A program made the position numbers and the translations under genes. A DNA stretch of 64,000 nt. It comes from Camelus dromedarius (lineage: Eukaryota). The notes below the pieces were generated by a model. It saw only the letters and a list, made by a program, of their open reading frames with translations, ran no database searches and was not told where the DNA came from. Location of the stretch: positions 50,656,001 to 50,720,000 of the forward strand of contig NC_087437.1 of the NCBI RefSeq assembly GCF_036321535.1, given 5' to 3'. Positions 37,531 through 52,699 of the stretch are shown piece by piece (positions within the stretch are counted from its first letter, which is position 1; each line of letters begins with the position of its first letter).

Positions 37531-40500
37531 CTGAAGACAAAACCCCAACAATAGGAAGTCCGTGAACACTGGTAGCCTCCGTATCAGTTCAGATTTTTAA
37601 AAAAAGTTCTCACACCATTGCTAGCCATTCTTTTTCCTTTCCTCTCCTTTGTTTTCCTTTCAAATAACTTTATAAAGTGGGAGAAATTGAGGAGTCTAGC
37701 TGATGATTGCCTGCTTCATTATTCCCAAGCACATAACTTTGTTCACAGAAAAAAACTCAAGGGTTTAATATCTAAAGCCATCAAGTATATATAATGTAGA
37801 TGAAAAACAGAAAACATTGGGAGTATTCAAGATATTTAAAACCCTTAAATTACAGTACTTTATGTCCCGATGGATATCTACCCAGAGGTGGAGCACTGTA
37901 ATTAGAACAGAGTTGAGGATGCTAGCTCAGCCTGCACTAGCATCCTCTAAACTAATGTACATCCTGGCACTTTGTTTTACATTTAAAGTAGATCTTGCCC
38001 CACCAACACCCTAGGTCATTAAGGAGGAAATTACGCATAATGTTTTAAGGGGCTGTTTCTTCTCTGAAGCCATATTTCAAGGTAGCATAAAAATAGAGCT
38101 TCAGATATCTGGTTCCACCCTACATGACACCTCATGTTTATTTCAGATGACACCATAGCCAAGAGGCAAGAATGGAAAGAATGTGCCTTTTAAAAAAAAT
38201 GAATGCAACAGTATTTGGTAAGTAAGATCATTAAAGTAGTGTGTGTATGTTAGGATTTCCTGGTAAGTTTCTTCTTTACTCATGCACCTTAATCTGTTGC
38301 CCGTTTTAACACTTGCCCCTCATCCCTCGTCACCCTCCATTTCCCAGCTCTTCAATTGAAGAGTATTCTCTTGGGAACCAGCCTCTCAGAAATATATTTT
38401 TGCTCATTAATTGTCAGTCAGATGTGTCGAGGTTCCATTTATTCCTTATATCACACACACCAGAAAGTATTATGGATTTTCACCTTAAAAAAATCTAGTT
38501 TTCATCTGATACCCTCTGTGCCAAATTGAAAGGTCTGTTCTTAACCTTCTCAAACTCTAGAGCATCTGTCATAATGAATACTCACCTTAAACCTTTCTCT
38601 TCCTTTGGTTTCTCTTTATTATTCAATCTCCATTCACCACCCACCTCTCTGTTTCTTCTCTATTCCTTCCTTGCTTCACCTCCTTCCTCATGTCTAATGT
38701 TGCTGCTTCTCAAAGGTCTGAACTCAGGTTTCCAGCTTCCTTCTCTCCTCTTCCCTCATGCTGTTGACTCTCTCATATCTTTATACTTCCTGCTAGACCT
38801 TTGGGCACGCTCAAGCCCATGTTGCCAATGGTCTACATAGATCTTCACCTAAATGCTTCCCAGACATCACATCACATCAGGTTGAAATAGAACTCATCAG
38901 ACAGAAACAGCACGCACATCAGTGGAAGGGTCATTCTTCTAGGGTCCCTAAAACTCCCAATGGTCATTTCAAACTCCTCCCTGCCTTAATGGCTTACATT
39001 CAATCTGTCACCAAGCCTTGTCTTTCCATCTCTGAACGTGCCTCTTGGACTCACTGCTTATTCCCCATTTCCGATACTGCCATAGAGAGCAAACTCCCCA
39101 CTCTTCTCATCCTGAATACTTTGGTGCACTCCTAGCAACTCACTCTTGCCTCTAAGATCTCACTCCTACCAACCCATTTTGTAGACTACCAGTCTGTGCC
39201 CTTCCTAAAGCTCCATGTCCATTATGCCATCACTCTCCCCCTTTAAAAACTTAAAATAGCTTTCAATTGCCCACAACTGTCAATGTTCCTTCCAGGATTC
39301 CAAGACTCTCCATTCATGTGAAAAGAATCTTCTTAGGGAGCTTGCTCAAAAGGTAAATACACATCCACAGATTCAGAAGGTGAGGGGGGGTGGTGCTGTG
39401 GGTGAATAAACAGGTGGAATCTGCAATTTTCACCCTGCATGATTCTAATGCAGATGTTCCTCCATTCAATCAAGTTAACACCAATCAGACCCACTCCTTT
39501 TAGCCACCTAGCTTAGTTAAACCAGTGTTGGCATTAATTTATACTTCCTTTCAAATTCTAATCATTCTTGAAAGTTCCAATTCTCCTACTTCCACAAAAA
39601 TTAACAGCTTCAGGTGAAATTAGTACCATAGTCTTTTCCTTGCTTCCCAGATGAAAATCATTAGTACCATGTAACAAGCATGTATTAGCTCTCTACTATG
39701 AGCCAGGCACCATGATAGATACTTGGGATATGATACATTCTCAAGTATCACAATGCCCATAATGCCTTAGTCTAATGGCAGAGACAAGAAAATTAATGAC
39801 TCCAGTGCAGAGTACCAGGTAGTCAGAGGAGTCAGGTGCACAGAAGGGGCCAGAATTAAGCCAGGGGTGGGAAGAGACACTGCCAATTTTGAGTTGAGTG
39901 GAGTGAAGTTTAGGCAGAGTTTTGAAAAAAGCAAGCAAGGGGACAAGGATGGGGAAGTATGTCCCAGGCCAAGGGGGACAGCATGGAGGAGGAATCAGAA
40001 GTGAGAGATGTATGCTCTACCATACTTGCAAGTTTCTTTACTGGCACTGGGCCAACAGTCCAGTAGGTTCATAAAATGCTAGGAGCTGATACAATCTTAA
40101 AGACTATCCAGTTCATTCTTATTTTACAGATGAAAAAAGAGAGCCCCAGAACCATGCACTGACTTGCCCAAGGTCTCTGACTTTGGCAAAGCCAGTGTTT
40201 TCTCCACTACATTATGATTCTTCTCTTGGCCTGTATTTGGGGGTGCATCTAAAGTCCTGTTTGCTGATTATGAAACAAAACACAAATTAAAATGAAACTA
40301 GTGTGGTGATATAAAAATACTGGGTTTCAGAAATATGGGTTTCCAAGTCTATTTCTACTTCTAACATGCAGGGTGACTTTGAGCAAGCCACTTTCTTTCT
40401 CATGGTTTCCATCTCTTCATGTGTCAAAAGATCATCCTGAGTATCCCTCCTGGTTCTCATAGGTCATTCTCTAAATATATTATCATTTCTAATAAAATGT

Positions 40501-41344
40501 ATGATGTAGTCTTTTCATTTCTCACAAGAAAAGAAGCAAATGTCATAGACTTTCTGTTCATTTACAGCCTCAGTTAATTAGTTAATGTGTGACTGCGTGA
40601 GCAATAGGACGGCAAGGAGAAGGAATCAGCGTGGGCTGGAGAGGTCTTGGAGGTGAGATCTAACTGTCCTCTGTAAGACTGAGCACTTGCAGGAAGATGG
40701 GAGGGTGTTCCAGAAAGAAGGAAACATGAGCAGGGGCTAGGAGTCCTGGCTACACACAGGGCTTCGTGGGAAGCGGGCTGCTGGGGCAGAGTCTGGAAGC
40801 AGAGGGGGTGGGGTGGGGGTGGGGAGGAGCCAGGATGGAGAAGGCTGGTCCACCAGGCTACAGTGAGAATAGATTCAGGAGCCCAGGAGACGGTTTAGGA
40901 GACTGATCTGGCCAACTGTCCAGGAGCCTGTTTCATTCAGTGCAGAATAGGTCCTGAGGGTTCAGGCTTAGGAAATCATGTTCTTAGTTTTACATCCTCC
41001 TTTATTTTCATAGGATGTTCTATAATTGTGTAATAAATTCCCAGAACTATAAATGTTCTCAGTTTCTATATTTTGTCTGATGTTAGTTGGATTTGGTCTC
41101 ATTACTCCGACATATTTAGGGTAAACCACCTCAAATTCATTTTGGAGGAGGATGGGGCATAAATAAATTTTACTAAAGTTTATCTGGATGGTTGCTCACT
41201 CTTCAATATCATATAATAAATAATGACAAAGTAATTTCATGCAACCTGCATTTTTTAGAAGAGGGATGGATTATAAACATAATCTCATTAATTCTAATTC
41301 AAGGTAACAATCCTGCAATTATATAGCATTTTAGGGATTATAAA

Positions 41345-42040
41345 GTTTTTTTTTTGATTGTGGTAAAATATACATAACATAAAATTTACCATTTGAACAA
41401 GTTTTAAGTGTACAATTCAGTGGCATTAAATACACTCACAATGTTGTGCAACCAACATCAGAACTTTTCCACCAACCCAAAGTGAAACTGTACTCATTAA
41501 ACACTAATTCGCCGTTCCTCTCTCCCAGTCTCCAGTAACCTCCATTCCACTTTCTCTCTATGAATATGCCTATACTAGGTACCATGTATAAGTGAAATCA
41601 TATAATATCTGTCCTTTTGTGTCTGGCTTGTTTCACTTAACATAAAATTTTCAAAAGTTCATCCATGATGTAGCATGTGTCAGAATGTCATTCCTATTTA
41701 GGGCTAAACATCTTCCATTGTTTGCAGTAAGAACACATTTGGTTTATCCATTCATTTGTAGATGGACACTTGGGTTGTTTCAACCTTTTGGCTATTTTGA
41801 ATAATGCTGTGGTAACACTGATGTAAAAATCTCTGTTGCACCATTGCTTTCATTTCCTTTGAGTATATACACAGAAGTTGAATTGCTAAATTATACAGCA
41901 ATTCTTTAAAATTTTTTGAGGAACCACCATATTGTGTACCATTTCACATTCCCACCAGCAATGCACCAGGGCTTTACTTTCTCCACACCAACACTTATTA
42001 TTTTCCATTTTGAAAATAATAGCTAACCTAATGATGTGAA
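41345..42040 (-). mobile_element. LINE-1 (L1MB-like) 3' end
   Basis: Poly-T then gtggtaaaatatacataacataaaatttaccat...ttttaagtgtacaattcagtggcattaa...cattcccaccagcaatg. Confidence 0.85.
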
Positions 42041-45000
42041 GAAAAGTAATTTTTAAAAATGTGCATATCATCTTCCTTGATCCATCCAACATCTGACAAA
42101 GAGCTCCTTCAGGGCAGATGTCCTGTCATCCACCCCTTGTCCCCATGCCTTACAACTAGGTAAAATCTCAGTAAGTGTTTATTGAATGGATGAATGGCAG
42201 CTTTAAGGAACAGACACCAATTCTGTAAGCAAGAGTAGGCACTAATTGTTAATCTTGTTTCACGGAAGAGGAAATAGGGACTCAGAGCATTAAGTGACTT
42301 GATTGAGGTGAAACTGTTGGCTAAACACTGCCAGTAAGAGGCAGGCCCAGGTCTTCTAGCTCTAAAACCAGACAGGGGGACCAATGTGCCAAGGGTGAAT
42401 GTCAGTCCACTGAAACAGAACCCAATATTCTGACTCTACAGCACAGCTCCACAAGGTACAGGGCCTGCACAGTAAGGACACAGATGGCTCAGGCAATCAT
42501 CCATTTATGCCTAGGAGTCAAGGAGTCTGGCTCAAATCTCAGAGCCATAATCCATCAGCATGTGTGCAATACAAACATAACAAGACATCGTGGGAGAGAT
42601 TTCTAGTATCAAGGAGATTCCTGGAATACTGTTCATAGGAAAACCATTAGTACCTCAGTTCATGCAAAAGGTAGTACTGGTACTAACCCCAACAGGAATA
42701 TCCAAGTAATTTGATCATCTTCAGTAAAGAAATTGTGAAACAGTTAATATGCCTCTGCTTTATGCAAAGGGAAATCTATTGCAAAAAGGAAGTTTCCAAA
42801 GATAAAAAAAAAATGTATAAAATAGTTAAAGATCAAAAAACATTGAAACACACTGCATTCTTTGCCCTTTGTATGTTTTTTGCAAAGACACTATTTGTAT
42901 CTTTACCTACCCAGCAGATATCCTATTATTCTATTAATTCTTTTACTCCCAAGAGGGTTTATTTGTTTGCTTATTATCCTAGAAACATATCTCTTAGAGA
43001 GATTGCTCTCTCTTCCTAGGATTCCTTAGCCCTGTATCTATCTGCAGGACCAAACTGGTGTTAATATTGGGTTTAATGACCTTAGATCATCAGACCAACC
43101 AAGACTGATTCCTGAAATGTATATTGTTCCGCGATCACATGATTTATCAAGGACTTTAGAATTGGCTTCCGAGAAGTGCTGTTATAAGAAAAATCTCAGT
43201 ACAGCAAAACTATTTCTAACTCTATAATTCAATACTCAATATAAATGTCAGGGAAGTCTATAACTGGCTTTCAGAATTGGTTTGAGTGGGATTTGAACGA
43301 TGTATGCTCCATAACGCAGGCAATGAGTGCTTAATATTTATTAACTATTAAGAAAAGGGTAATAGAGAATTATATTCTGGTTGTCCCTTAAATACCAACA
43401 CAATCAAACTTAAGTGTAAAATTTCTTACACAAATGACTGCATCTAGGCTAGGCATGTGGCCCCCATATTATGGTCAATAACTACTTTCTGAACATCTCT
43501 ATGGACTGTAATTTTCTTCTTTTCCTCTGTACCACCACATCATAGGATCCAAATAGTTTTGCTCCGCTTAGATAGCTGTGGACAGGCTGGTGCTGTCTTT
43601 TAAAATGTAAGTTTTAATCAGGCAGCATTCCAGTTTGTCCTGACACAAGTATTACTCATTCACTCAATTTGGATATGCCCTCCTGGTTGGGAGGGAAAAA
43701 GGTGGAGTTAGAGGCAGCCCCTCAGAACCTGTACAGAACCCTGTATGACCCTGGGAGTGTGAAGTGAATGCATGATCTGCAGGTGGAGTGGGGAGAAGAA
43801 ATGCTGAGGGATCCATTGGGCAGGGAATTGGTACCAGGTCACTGTCACAGGGGCTGCCTAAACATTTGCAACATGGAGGGAAAACCTGTGCTAGCCTCAT
43901 TCCCACCCCCTTATTCTCTCCCCACAGCTCCCTTCCCTGAGTGAGGCCCACCTGAGCCACAGCAAAGATCTACTGCATCAAGAAGGATCCCAGCAAGCAG
44001 GACCTGACTCTCCAAGATTGTCCCTGTCCCTGTGGAGCCTCTCCTGAGGGTAAGAGGGGCACATAAGAGAAGCCCTTATGTACTGATGTGGAAAGAGATG
44101 ATCAGTTAAGGAGGCCCCTTCCCCATGTAGAGGAGAAGAGAAAGGAACAAAATGGGTTCTTAGAATGGCCTGCAGGTGAGTGCCTCTTTTGTGCTTTCTG
44201 TTCCCTTCATCTTCCAGTTCTGGGTGTACATAGTATGGTTTCATCTAACTGCCAAGGTCCCAGAATTGAAGGAGGCTGCTGAATGGTGCCAAACCACAGA
44301 AGCAAAAGCAAGAACTGTAGGAAAGGGGCTAGTGTGCTTCCAGTGTCAGTTTTTGGGCCTTGTTGGCATCAAGGGAGAAGTACATTGGGGCCATTGTACT
44401 GCGATGAGACTCTTTGGACTGAAAGGTTGAACATTTAACGAATGTGGGAAGCATTCAGCAAAAATTCAATTCAACTAGAGGTTAATACATATTCAGTCCG
44501 TGCAAGGCATTGTGGGAGGTTCTTCAAGGGAACTGGAGATGAGCAGGATGTGGTCTCCACCCTCAAGAGGTCTGAGGACTCTCACAAGAGAAGGGAAAAT
44601 AGATGCATAGATAATTTATTCAGCCACAAAATGTCACTGACTGTTATTGATATGTAACAAATACCCAGGGCTGGATCCACTGGTGAGAAGAAGGAGGATT
44701 CTGGCCTTTGGGGGCATTCAAGTCCCAGCCATTCAACTCAAGCATGGATTTGAATATTCTATTTTTGACCTGTTAAGCCTAAGGCTGATGTGACACATTT
44801 AAGTGAAGATATTCAAGTTTGGAGCTCAGAATCTAGACTAGAAATATAAGTCAGAGATTAAAGGCAACAGATGAGATCACCAAGGAGCAAGTCTGGTGAA
44901 GAAGAGAACCCTCAGAAGGATATATGTGAGGGTAGGAGGGGCTGGTGAGCAGTAAAAGAGGAGGAGGCAGCCAAGAAGATGCTGCATTGTTTTAATTGCC

Positions 45001-47219
45001 AATGTTGTATTAACAGAAAATGTATCTCAAGACGTGAAACACAGCGGGCCCTTTTTTAGCGATGATGATGGGTTAGAGCATGAAGACTAGCTTACCCAGT
45101 GAGAGGTGCTTTCTACAGCCCGTGGTGGGATGAGGATGACAGCTGTCCACCCAGACCATGAAGATGGCCCAATACCAAGCTCACCACTTCACACATATTA
45201 TTGCTTCTGTAGTCAGTCCTCAAGGCACCCTTCCAGGCAGGAATCATCCAGGGGTGCAGAGAAGTTGGGTCACTCACCCAGATCCCGTGGCCAGCGGGAA
45301 GCTAGGTTGGGATTCCACCCCATTTCTCTAACAGCTCAGGCCTTGCATGAATACTCACTGGTTTCAGAACACACAGCCTGGGGTGTGTCTGAATTCATGG
45401 AACAGGGTCTGTACAGGTCTTTGAGGTCATCTCCCACCTTCTACAGAAAGAGCAGATTAAGCTAAACAAGTCGAGCCTGGCACTATGTTGATATGCTGTG
45501 TTAGGCATTTGAGCACTCCATTACCATACTTGTTTCTCCTTTCATCATCTCGGTAACACTTGCCTCTTCTTTGGGTCTCTTTTGCTCCCACCCTTTCCCA
45601 GGTTCTCTTGTACTCAAGTTTCAGTCTTCCTTCCCCACAACTAATGGTACATGTTCTACTGCCCTACTCTCTGATCTTCTCTCCTACATCTGCTTCTCTC
45701 TCTGTTCTTTCTTTCCATTACCTTGTCCCTTCTAAATCTAACATGCAGTTCCTCTCATTTTTCAAGTTTACTATCTTGATTTTACAGGTTTCTTTTTCCA
45801 GCACTTTCCATAGTTCTCTAATGCTCTGTGAAGCAAGTTACTGATGGTGAGATTGAAGGTTGTTTATAAATCTAATTGTAGTGGCCTTTGTTCAGAAGCA
45901 GCTACTGTGGAGACTGAGGGCAAGGCTACATCATCCTCCTTCTTTGTGATGGTCAAATCAGACTCACTACTATCAGTTAATTTTATCTCCAACTAATTTC
46001 AAATTTTTCACACACTCTCTCCCAATAAAAGAAACTGAGCAATTTGTTCCTTATCATTAAGTCTATCACTCTCTTCCTCTCTCTCTTGGGTGGGACATGG
46101 AGCCAGCCTGCTGTAGGAAATCCTCTCAGATGGGCAAAGGAGCCTTCCCTGTGTGGTGTATGCATGTGAGGGCACCAGGGCAGGCATTCTGGGCCACTCT
46201 ACTCATCCCTGTCTTTCATCCACACTCTCTCCCCTCCTCCCACCAGAAGGCCCACATCCTCTTACCAATCGCCTGATTAACTTTTGAAATCATTTATCTA
46301 TCTTGGGTGTCTCCATAAAGGCTGATGTGATATGTGAGTTTTATATGTATTTATCAATGTTTGGGTCAGTTTGTATTTTTTGTGGCTATAGTTCTAGCAT
46401 GTGAAATATACGTGTGCTGACACCTGTGCCTATGTGGACCTAGTTTCAAATGACCTGAAAAGAATATAATGGCCATTGAACATCTGAACATAAATACAAT
46501 ACACACATATGATGCCTGGGGGGAATGTATGTAGGATTACCATCAGGATTTTATTTTGCAACGGTAAAGGAGTTGATTTGCACTGTACTAACAATGAATC
46601 AGCATATCTATGGCTCACTGTCAGTGACTCTCTTACAAATTACATTGCCCAAATATTTCTGTCTGTGGTCTGATGTGGCATGTGGCACTATAGTCTCTGA
46701 GTTAATATTAATAGTACTAACCCATGCTCTAACCCATGGTAATAAATGAAATAAAATAATTGCATAGTTGAAAATACGCTAAGGAACTTAAAGAAAGCAA
46801 TTACAAAGTTCTTAAAAATCTAGTTTGAAATAACAAGTACAGTGTCATGTATAATTTTTAAATTGATTTCAGTTTCAGTAATCTACTTTTGAGTCATTAC
46901 TTGTTTTATTCACTTTATAATAACAAACCCAAAGCTTTTATTTTGCTGAAATAATGAGTTTATCTTTTGTCTTCTGTCATGTTCTGAAATATAAACAATT
47001 ACAAAATTGTTCAAAATATCACCTCTGTTAAATGATAATGTTTATTCTATAAAGAGAATGCTAGAACATTTGGGGAACAAGAAACAGAACCCATAAAGGA
47101 TTTATTCATAATCTATTCCCCTCAGTGGAAATTTACATTCTTCTGATTTTGTTTAGTTAACGTGTTTTAAGTATTTTGAATGGGGAAAACAGCTCAAAGA
47201 GGACATTCAGGCGGATTCT

Positions 47220-47669
47220 GGCTCACAGTTTATCATCTGAGTACATGATTTCAATTAACTGAAGAGGTGCGGAGCAGCACTTCCTGGAGTTGCCAAGCAG
47301 GGACAAGAACAAACTCGGGTGAGACTCATCACCTTCACCACCACGCCGGGCTGGTGGCAAAGGGGCAGGCCAGGCTGGGCTTTGGCAGTGACGCCAAGAG
47401 GTGCAGCAAGGCTGCGCCATGGAGTGGGGTGGGGGGGAGCTGCCGCGCCCCCGCCCTCTGCCCGGAGCCCTTGATTGGGTCCGCGGCGATCCGCCCGCTC
47501 CAGACCGCTCCCCGCGGGGGAAGCGAGCCCAGCCGAGCGTCGGCTGCCCAGCCCCTGCCCAAGATTTAAAACGCGCAAGTTTTGTTCTTGAGACCAATGA
47601 CTTTAGCTCTGATGCTGGGAGGAGAGCCTACCTGCGATTTGGGAGATTAAGGAACTGGCCTTAGACTTG
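47220..47669 (+). promoter_or_regulatory. B3GNT5: B3GNT5 upstream CpG-rich promoter and candidate non-coding exon 1
   Basis: CpG-rich, with a CRE-like TGACGCCA at ~47389, an inverted CCAAT (GATTGG) at ~47473 and a consensus donor TTG|GTGAGT at 47669/47670. Confidence 0.6.
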
Positions 47670-48199
47670 GTGAGTTTTGCTTTAAGCTCTCTTTGAAATG
47701 AAGCTGGGCTTGGAAGTAAACTTCATTAGGGGGCGGGGTGCGTTTCTCCCCACTGCCCCATTGCATTCTTAAAACAAACCGCCACCGCTTGAAGCTCTAG
47801 TTTTGTAAATTAGAGCCTCCTTCTTTTGTCACTGAGGCCCCCAGAAGTTCGACGCGTATAAGTGGTGTGACATGAGATCTTTCAAAAAGACTAGCCTGCC
47901 CTCAGAACTCTTGCTCTGAAAAGGAAAATAAAGTGCTCAGAGAACAGCAACACAGTCAGAGCTTACCTCTCGTAGATAAGTAAACTGCCGGGTGTTCTGA
48001 ACGAATGGGTCACCCGTCCAACAAATTCTACTTCTTAAAGAAAAGTGTATGGAGACCAGTTATTTCATGTGGAATTAACATATGTGATCAATCGTACTAT
48101 TAAAAAATGCGCTGCAGCCCACCGCATCCTAGCAGGGGCTAAGGCCTCTCGTGGGTGGAAATGCTGTCTTCTCTTCCGGATGACTAAATGGGGGAAGTT

Positions 48200-48980
48200 C
48201 CAAACCGCTCAGCGGGGATAAATCTCAACTCCGCGTCTGGTTCGTTCTTTGTGCGGGGAGACGGGCTCCTCTGTCCGCAGTGAGGGCTCCCGGCCCCTCG
48301 GCCTCCGGAGCCCCGCCCCTGCCCGGCCCGGCCGCCCAGCTGCGCCGCGCCTCCTTGCCGGAGCAGCTCCAGGGCTGCCGGAAAGGAGACTCCGAGTCTC
48401 TTCTGCTCCCTCTGGACCAGGCGAGGTCTCTAGGGCCGAGAGGAGAAGAGTCGCGAGGAGGTGAAGGCACGCACGTTCACACAGTGGCTCCAGGGCTTCA
48501 GGTTGTAATGCGCGCTGGGGCCGGGGAGGCACGGCTGGGGCAGACACCGGGCCCGGCCCTGGCCCTCTGCTCTGGCCCAGAGCGCGCGCAGTCCGGCGTC
48601 GGAAAGCTGGGGTGGCCCTACCCACCGCGGGGCAGGGCTGCCCACCGCCCGAGAGCGCGGCGGGGAGGAGGCGCGTTCCCTCTCCCGGGCGCCTTTGTTC
48701 GCTCCGGACTGCGGGCGGGAGCCCCGCGACGGTGACCTCAGGCTGGCCGCCGCCTAGGTGCGGCAGGTAAGCCAGGGGACCCGGAGCTCCGGTGGGGGTG
48801 AAGTTTCCCGGACTGGGTGGGTGGGAGTCCTTCCCTAGGGAGCTCCTGCAAAGCGGCCGACGCGCCGCGATGCCGAGACCCGACCAAGCGCGGGAGCCGG
48901 GAGGCGAACGCCGCGCCCTGCGGGTCTCGGTTTCCGGCTGGGGTCCCTAATCTTGCTGCCACTCGTGGGCTGCAGGGGTG
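48200..48980 (+). promoter_or_regulatory. B3GNT5: CpG island with candidate alternative non-coding exon ending at 48766
   Basis: Very high GC and CpG density with GC boxes; strong donor CAG|GTAAGC at 48766/48767. Confidence 0.7.
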
Positions 48981-51900
48981 AATTCGGGTAGAAAGTCTGC
49001 GTAGGATTGGAAGGTAGGAAACCGCCAGACTAGGGAAGCTTTCGGGAAGTTGCAGGCTGGGGAAATGGAGACAAGGAAGTGGACAGGCAGGGAAACTGGG
49101 AAACGAGACCTCTTTCTAAGCCGGGAGGTTGTTAACCACAGTTTCCTTTGACGCTGCCGAATTTCATTTTGCATCCTGAAGTGATAATCAATTACTTACC
49201 CAGACACCACTTACGTAGAGTCCAAAGTAGCAACTTTTCATCCTACTCTGACTACACACTCTATATTTTTCTTTCCCAGTGTTGGTTTTCATAGGTTATA
49301 GGACATGTTAAAGGGACACCAATGCTGTAACCGCTCGGTGGCTGGTGGTGGCTTGGAGCTCATATTTAGGGTAATTCTCTGATGAAAGTACATCCATTAG
49401 AATTGGATTTGTTCCTCTGTGCCTTTATTTTGGGAAACTTTGCTTGGTCCCTATGGGGGAAGGAAGAAGGATGTGAGAAGCTGAAACTGACCCAGAAAAG
49501 AATGATGGAAGGTAGCTGTATTAAGTGGTGGCACTGAGAAGATACCATCCTGAACTTTCTGAAAGGGGGCTTGATTGGCGACTAGCACCTAAGGTTTTAA
49601 CTTTCTCAAAAGAAACTAATGGTAGATTTTATATCTTGTCACGGGGGTGGGGTAGCTGCTTTTTGGGGTCAAGTCTTTTTTTTTTTTTTTAATTTTAAAG
49701 CAAGGTAAATTCAATACTTGAAATGTTTTCATTAAATACTTAAAATGATCCTCCGCTCTCATGCTCCTTGTCTCTTTTTCTCACCTCCTCTCCCACAGGC
49801 ACTCTCCATGAGTGTTTTTTGAGCACCCTCTGAGGATGAGGGTGACTCAGTCTGACTAATCTCAACCCTCCCAGCACCGTGACACCTGAAGATGGGAATG
49901 CATGTTATGATAGGGAAGGTTCAAGCTGAGGCTCAAAGAGACTATTTCCTAAGGAAGTGAGAAATGAGGCATTATTAGGAGGCATAGATGATATTGCACA
50001 TAAATATTTTGATCCCCCTCCCCTCCTCTTCCCTTACTCCAACACAAGCCATCAGAAAAGGTGGAGAGGAATTTTCAAAATAAAGTGCAAGGCTCTAGAA
50101 AGGAGAAATGTCACACTATATTTCATTAACATAGAGATCAAATTTCCCTTTTATAAAAGACTGATTCAAATGAGATTGTAGGAAAAGGAAATAACTTTCT
50201 GATTCTCAAATATAGAACAGCTTGAATAATAACTCATGGGTTTTGAAATGGGTCATCTTTTAAAATGGGTCATTTTGGCTAAAATCATTGCACTCAGTGA
50301 CTTTCAAATTGTCAAGGTGGAGTTCCTTCTGAGGACCAACTGCACTAGTATCTATATCACAGAACATAGGATGTGGTACAAAGAAACGGGACATGGAGAA
50401 ATTCAGAAGGAAGTAATCTCTTCTAGAATCACAAAATATATCCTGTCTTTTTGGAATGTTGTATTTGCTCAATTGAATAAATCTTAGCTTTGCATTTTAT
50501 GGCACATTATACGTTTTTGGGAATATTTCCATAGCCATTATTTTATTCCATTATTGAATAATCTTGTGAGGAGATGTAAACATTCTGTGTTCCAGAAACT
50601 GAGGAACAGCATATTATTATAAGAGCTCTGTGATTAGAATAGAATCTCTGCCAGCAAAGATTTAGCCAGAACAGTGTAAATCTAAAATGTTTTTCTTACA
50701 GTTTATATATATAGAAAGATATGAATTCACATTTAAAGATAAGGAATTCCATCAGGTGAGATGTAAACTTCGAATAAACAAAAATTTTATACATTTTAAT
50801 GCTGGAAACTCAAAGGCGGAGTTTGACTACTAACTTATTTTTCAGATTTATCTTCCATAGTGAAGTTTTTAATACTAGATGCCAGAAAGGAATGTTCTAC
50901 TAAGTCTGCAGGCAATAAGCCCCCTATATTCCAAGTTCAGAATACCATTACACAGCTTAAGATCCCCTGAGATTTCATATTCTATCTCTTGTATTCCTTT
51001 TCTACAACTCTTTTGACAGTTTTTGATAGTGCTCTTAGCAAAGTAAGTTAAAAAGTTGATTCAACTCAGGTTTCCTTCTCCATAATTTACAGGGCCTTGT
51101 AATCTTTTGGCTGTGTCATCTTTATTGAAATGTATTTTTAAGTGCTTGTGGGAACCATATTGTTCTTTCCTGCCAAGGATAATGGAAGATCATGCTCAGG
51201 CAATTAGGGATGATACCTCTATTCTCAGTCTCAACAGTGTTTGAGATGTGTTAATGGCCCTTAGCAATCAGATCAGTATTTTAAAAAACTCATATCTAAT
51301 AAATATTTTTTGAGAAGAATATTAAGAATATAGCTCATCATTTGGAAAGGAAAATAACCTCTAGAGAATATCAGCCATCTACTAACTAAACCATTATGAT
51401 AAAAGATACATGAAGAATTTCCCGAGAAAGGAAATTAGCTTATATTCAACACCTGATCTGGACTGCGCTTTGTCAATAAATCATCTCAAATGATCCTCAG
51501 AAAACACTGTTGGTGCATGGTTTAGAGACCGAAGTCAATTTCATGTGACTAGTAAATAGAAGCACCAGAATATAAATTGCTTTTGTTCATATTCTAAAAC
51601 TCTTGGTTTTTCTACTCTCTTGCCCCTCTCAGGTCCAGATTTCAGGCTGCACTGGAACATTTTCTTACTCTGGTAGGAGATCTACACTGGAAACATCTCT
51701 GAAGCCCTCTCAGCATCTCACCTGTGGCCTACTACACAGTATGTGATAAATTAATATTTGTTGAATTAATTAAATGTAGGTATTAATTATCTATTTTCAG
51801 GGCTGGCCAGCATAATGCCTGGGACAGGGCAGGTGCTTAAATGGTAGTTAACTTATTATAATAAATGTTGATCAACTGAGATGGAAATGTGTTATATATA

Positions 51901-52699
51901 CCTCTTATGTTTCACACCATTATTTATTTTTTGTACTCTAAACCCTCAATCAAATGGTTTTTCCAAAGATATAATTTCCAAAGATAACAGGACATATGAA
52001 CTGACGCTGGACAATAGGCTAATGTGTACAGCTTATGTAACAGGTTTACATGAGGTTATATTGTCACTGTATTTTGAAATCACTATTTTTCATATCATAA
52101 TTTGACCTCAGCTGTGTATGACTCCTCTCCTTTCATCTCATCCAATACTTATTCATCAAGTACTTACTTAAAACATCCTCTCTGAGTCCTATACTTTTTA
52201 CTCTCTTCTCCCCTCCTTCTCACTTTTTTTTTTTAACCCTCTTCTGTCACTTTGAATCTCTACCCTTAAATTCGCCAGTCCTCCTTGTGTGGAAAAGATC
52301 TCATATACCCAAAGGACACAGACTCACAAAGTCACTTTTACCCATTGTCTAGTGCTATTGAGATCAAAGAAAGGAAGGAGGGAAACTTGAGATAGAAGGT
52401 TAGTAAAAGGGTACGTTACAGAGAAAACAAGAACAAGCTCTGGCAAAGTGCAGGTGATAGGAAAACATAAATGTCTCCAAACTTCAGACAGTGAAACACA
52501 TCCTTTGCCCTCTTGGGTTGCTTCTTTTGGCCCTGCCCCACCTACTTCCCTGTCCTCCCATCCTGATTGGAGCTCCAGGAAGAGCAGCTGTATCAGTGTC
52601 AGGGAGGAAGGGCAGGTGAGGAGCTCAGGGACAGGACCTGGAACCAATCAGCTGCTTCTGAGCTGCCACAGGGTCTGGAAATTATGGAGGTTATGTGGT

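Noticed and set aside
47223..48962. Many overlapping Arg/Pro/Gly-rich ORFs
   Set aside because: Expected artefact of stop-codon depletion in a GC-rich CpG island; the same applies to 26600-27220.
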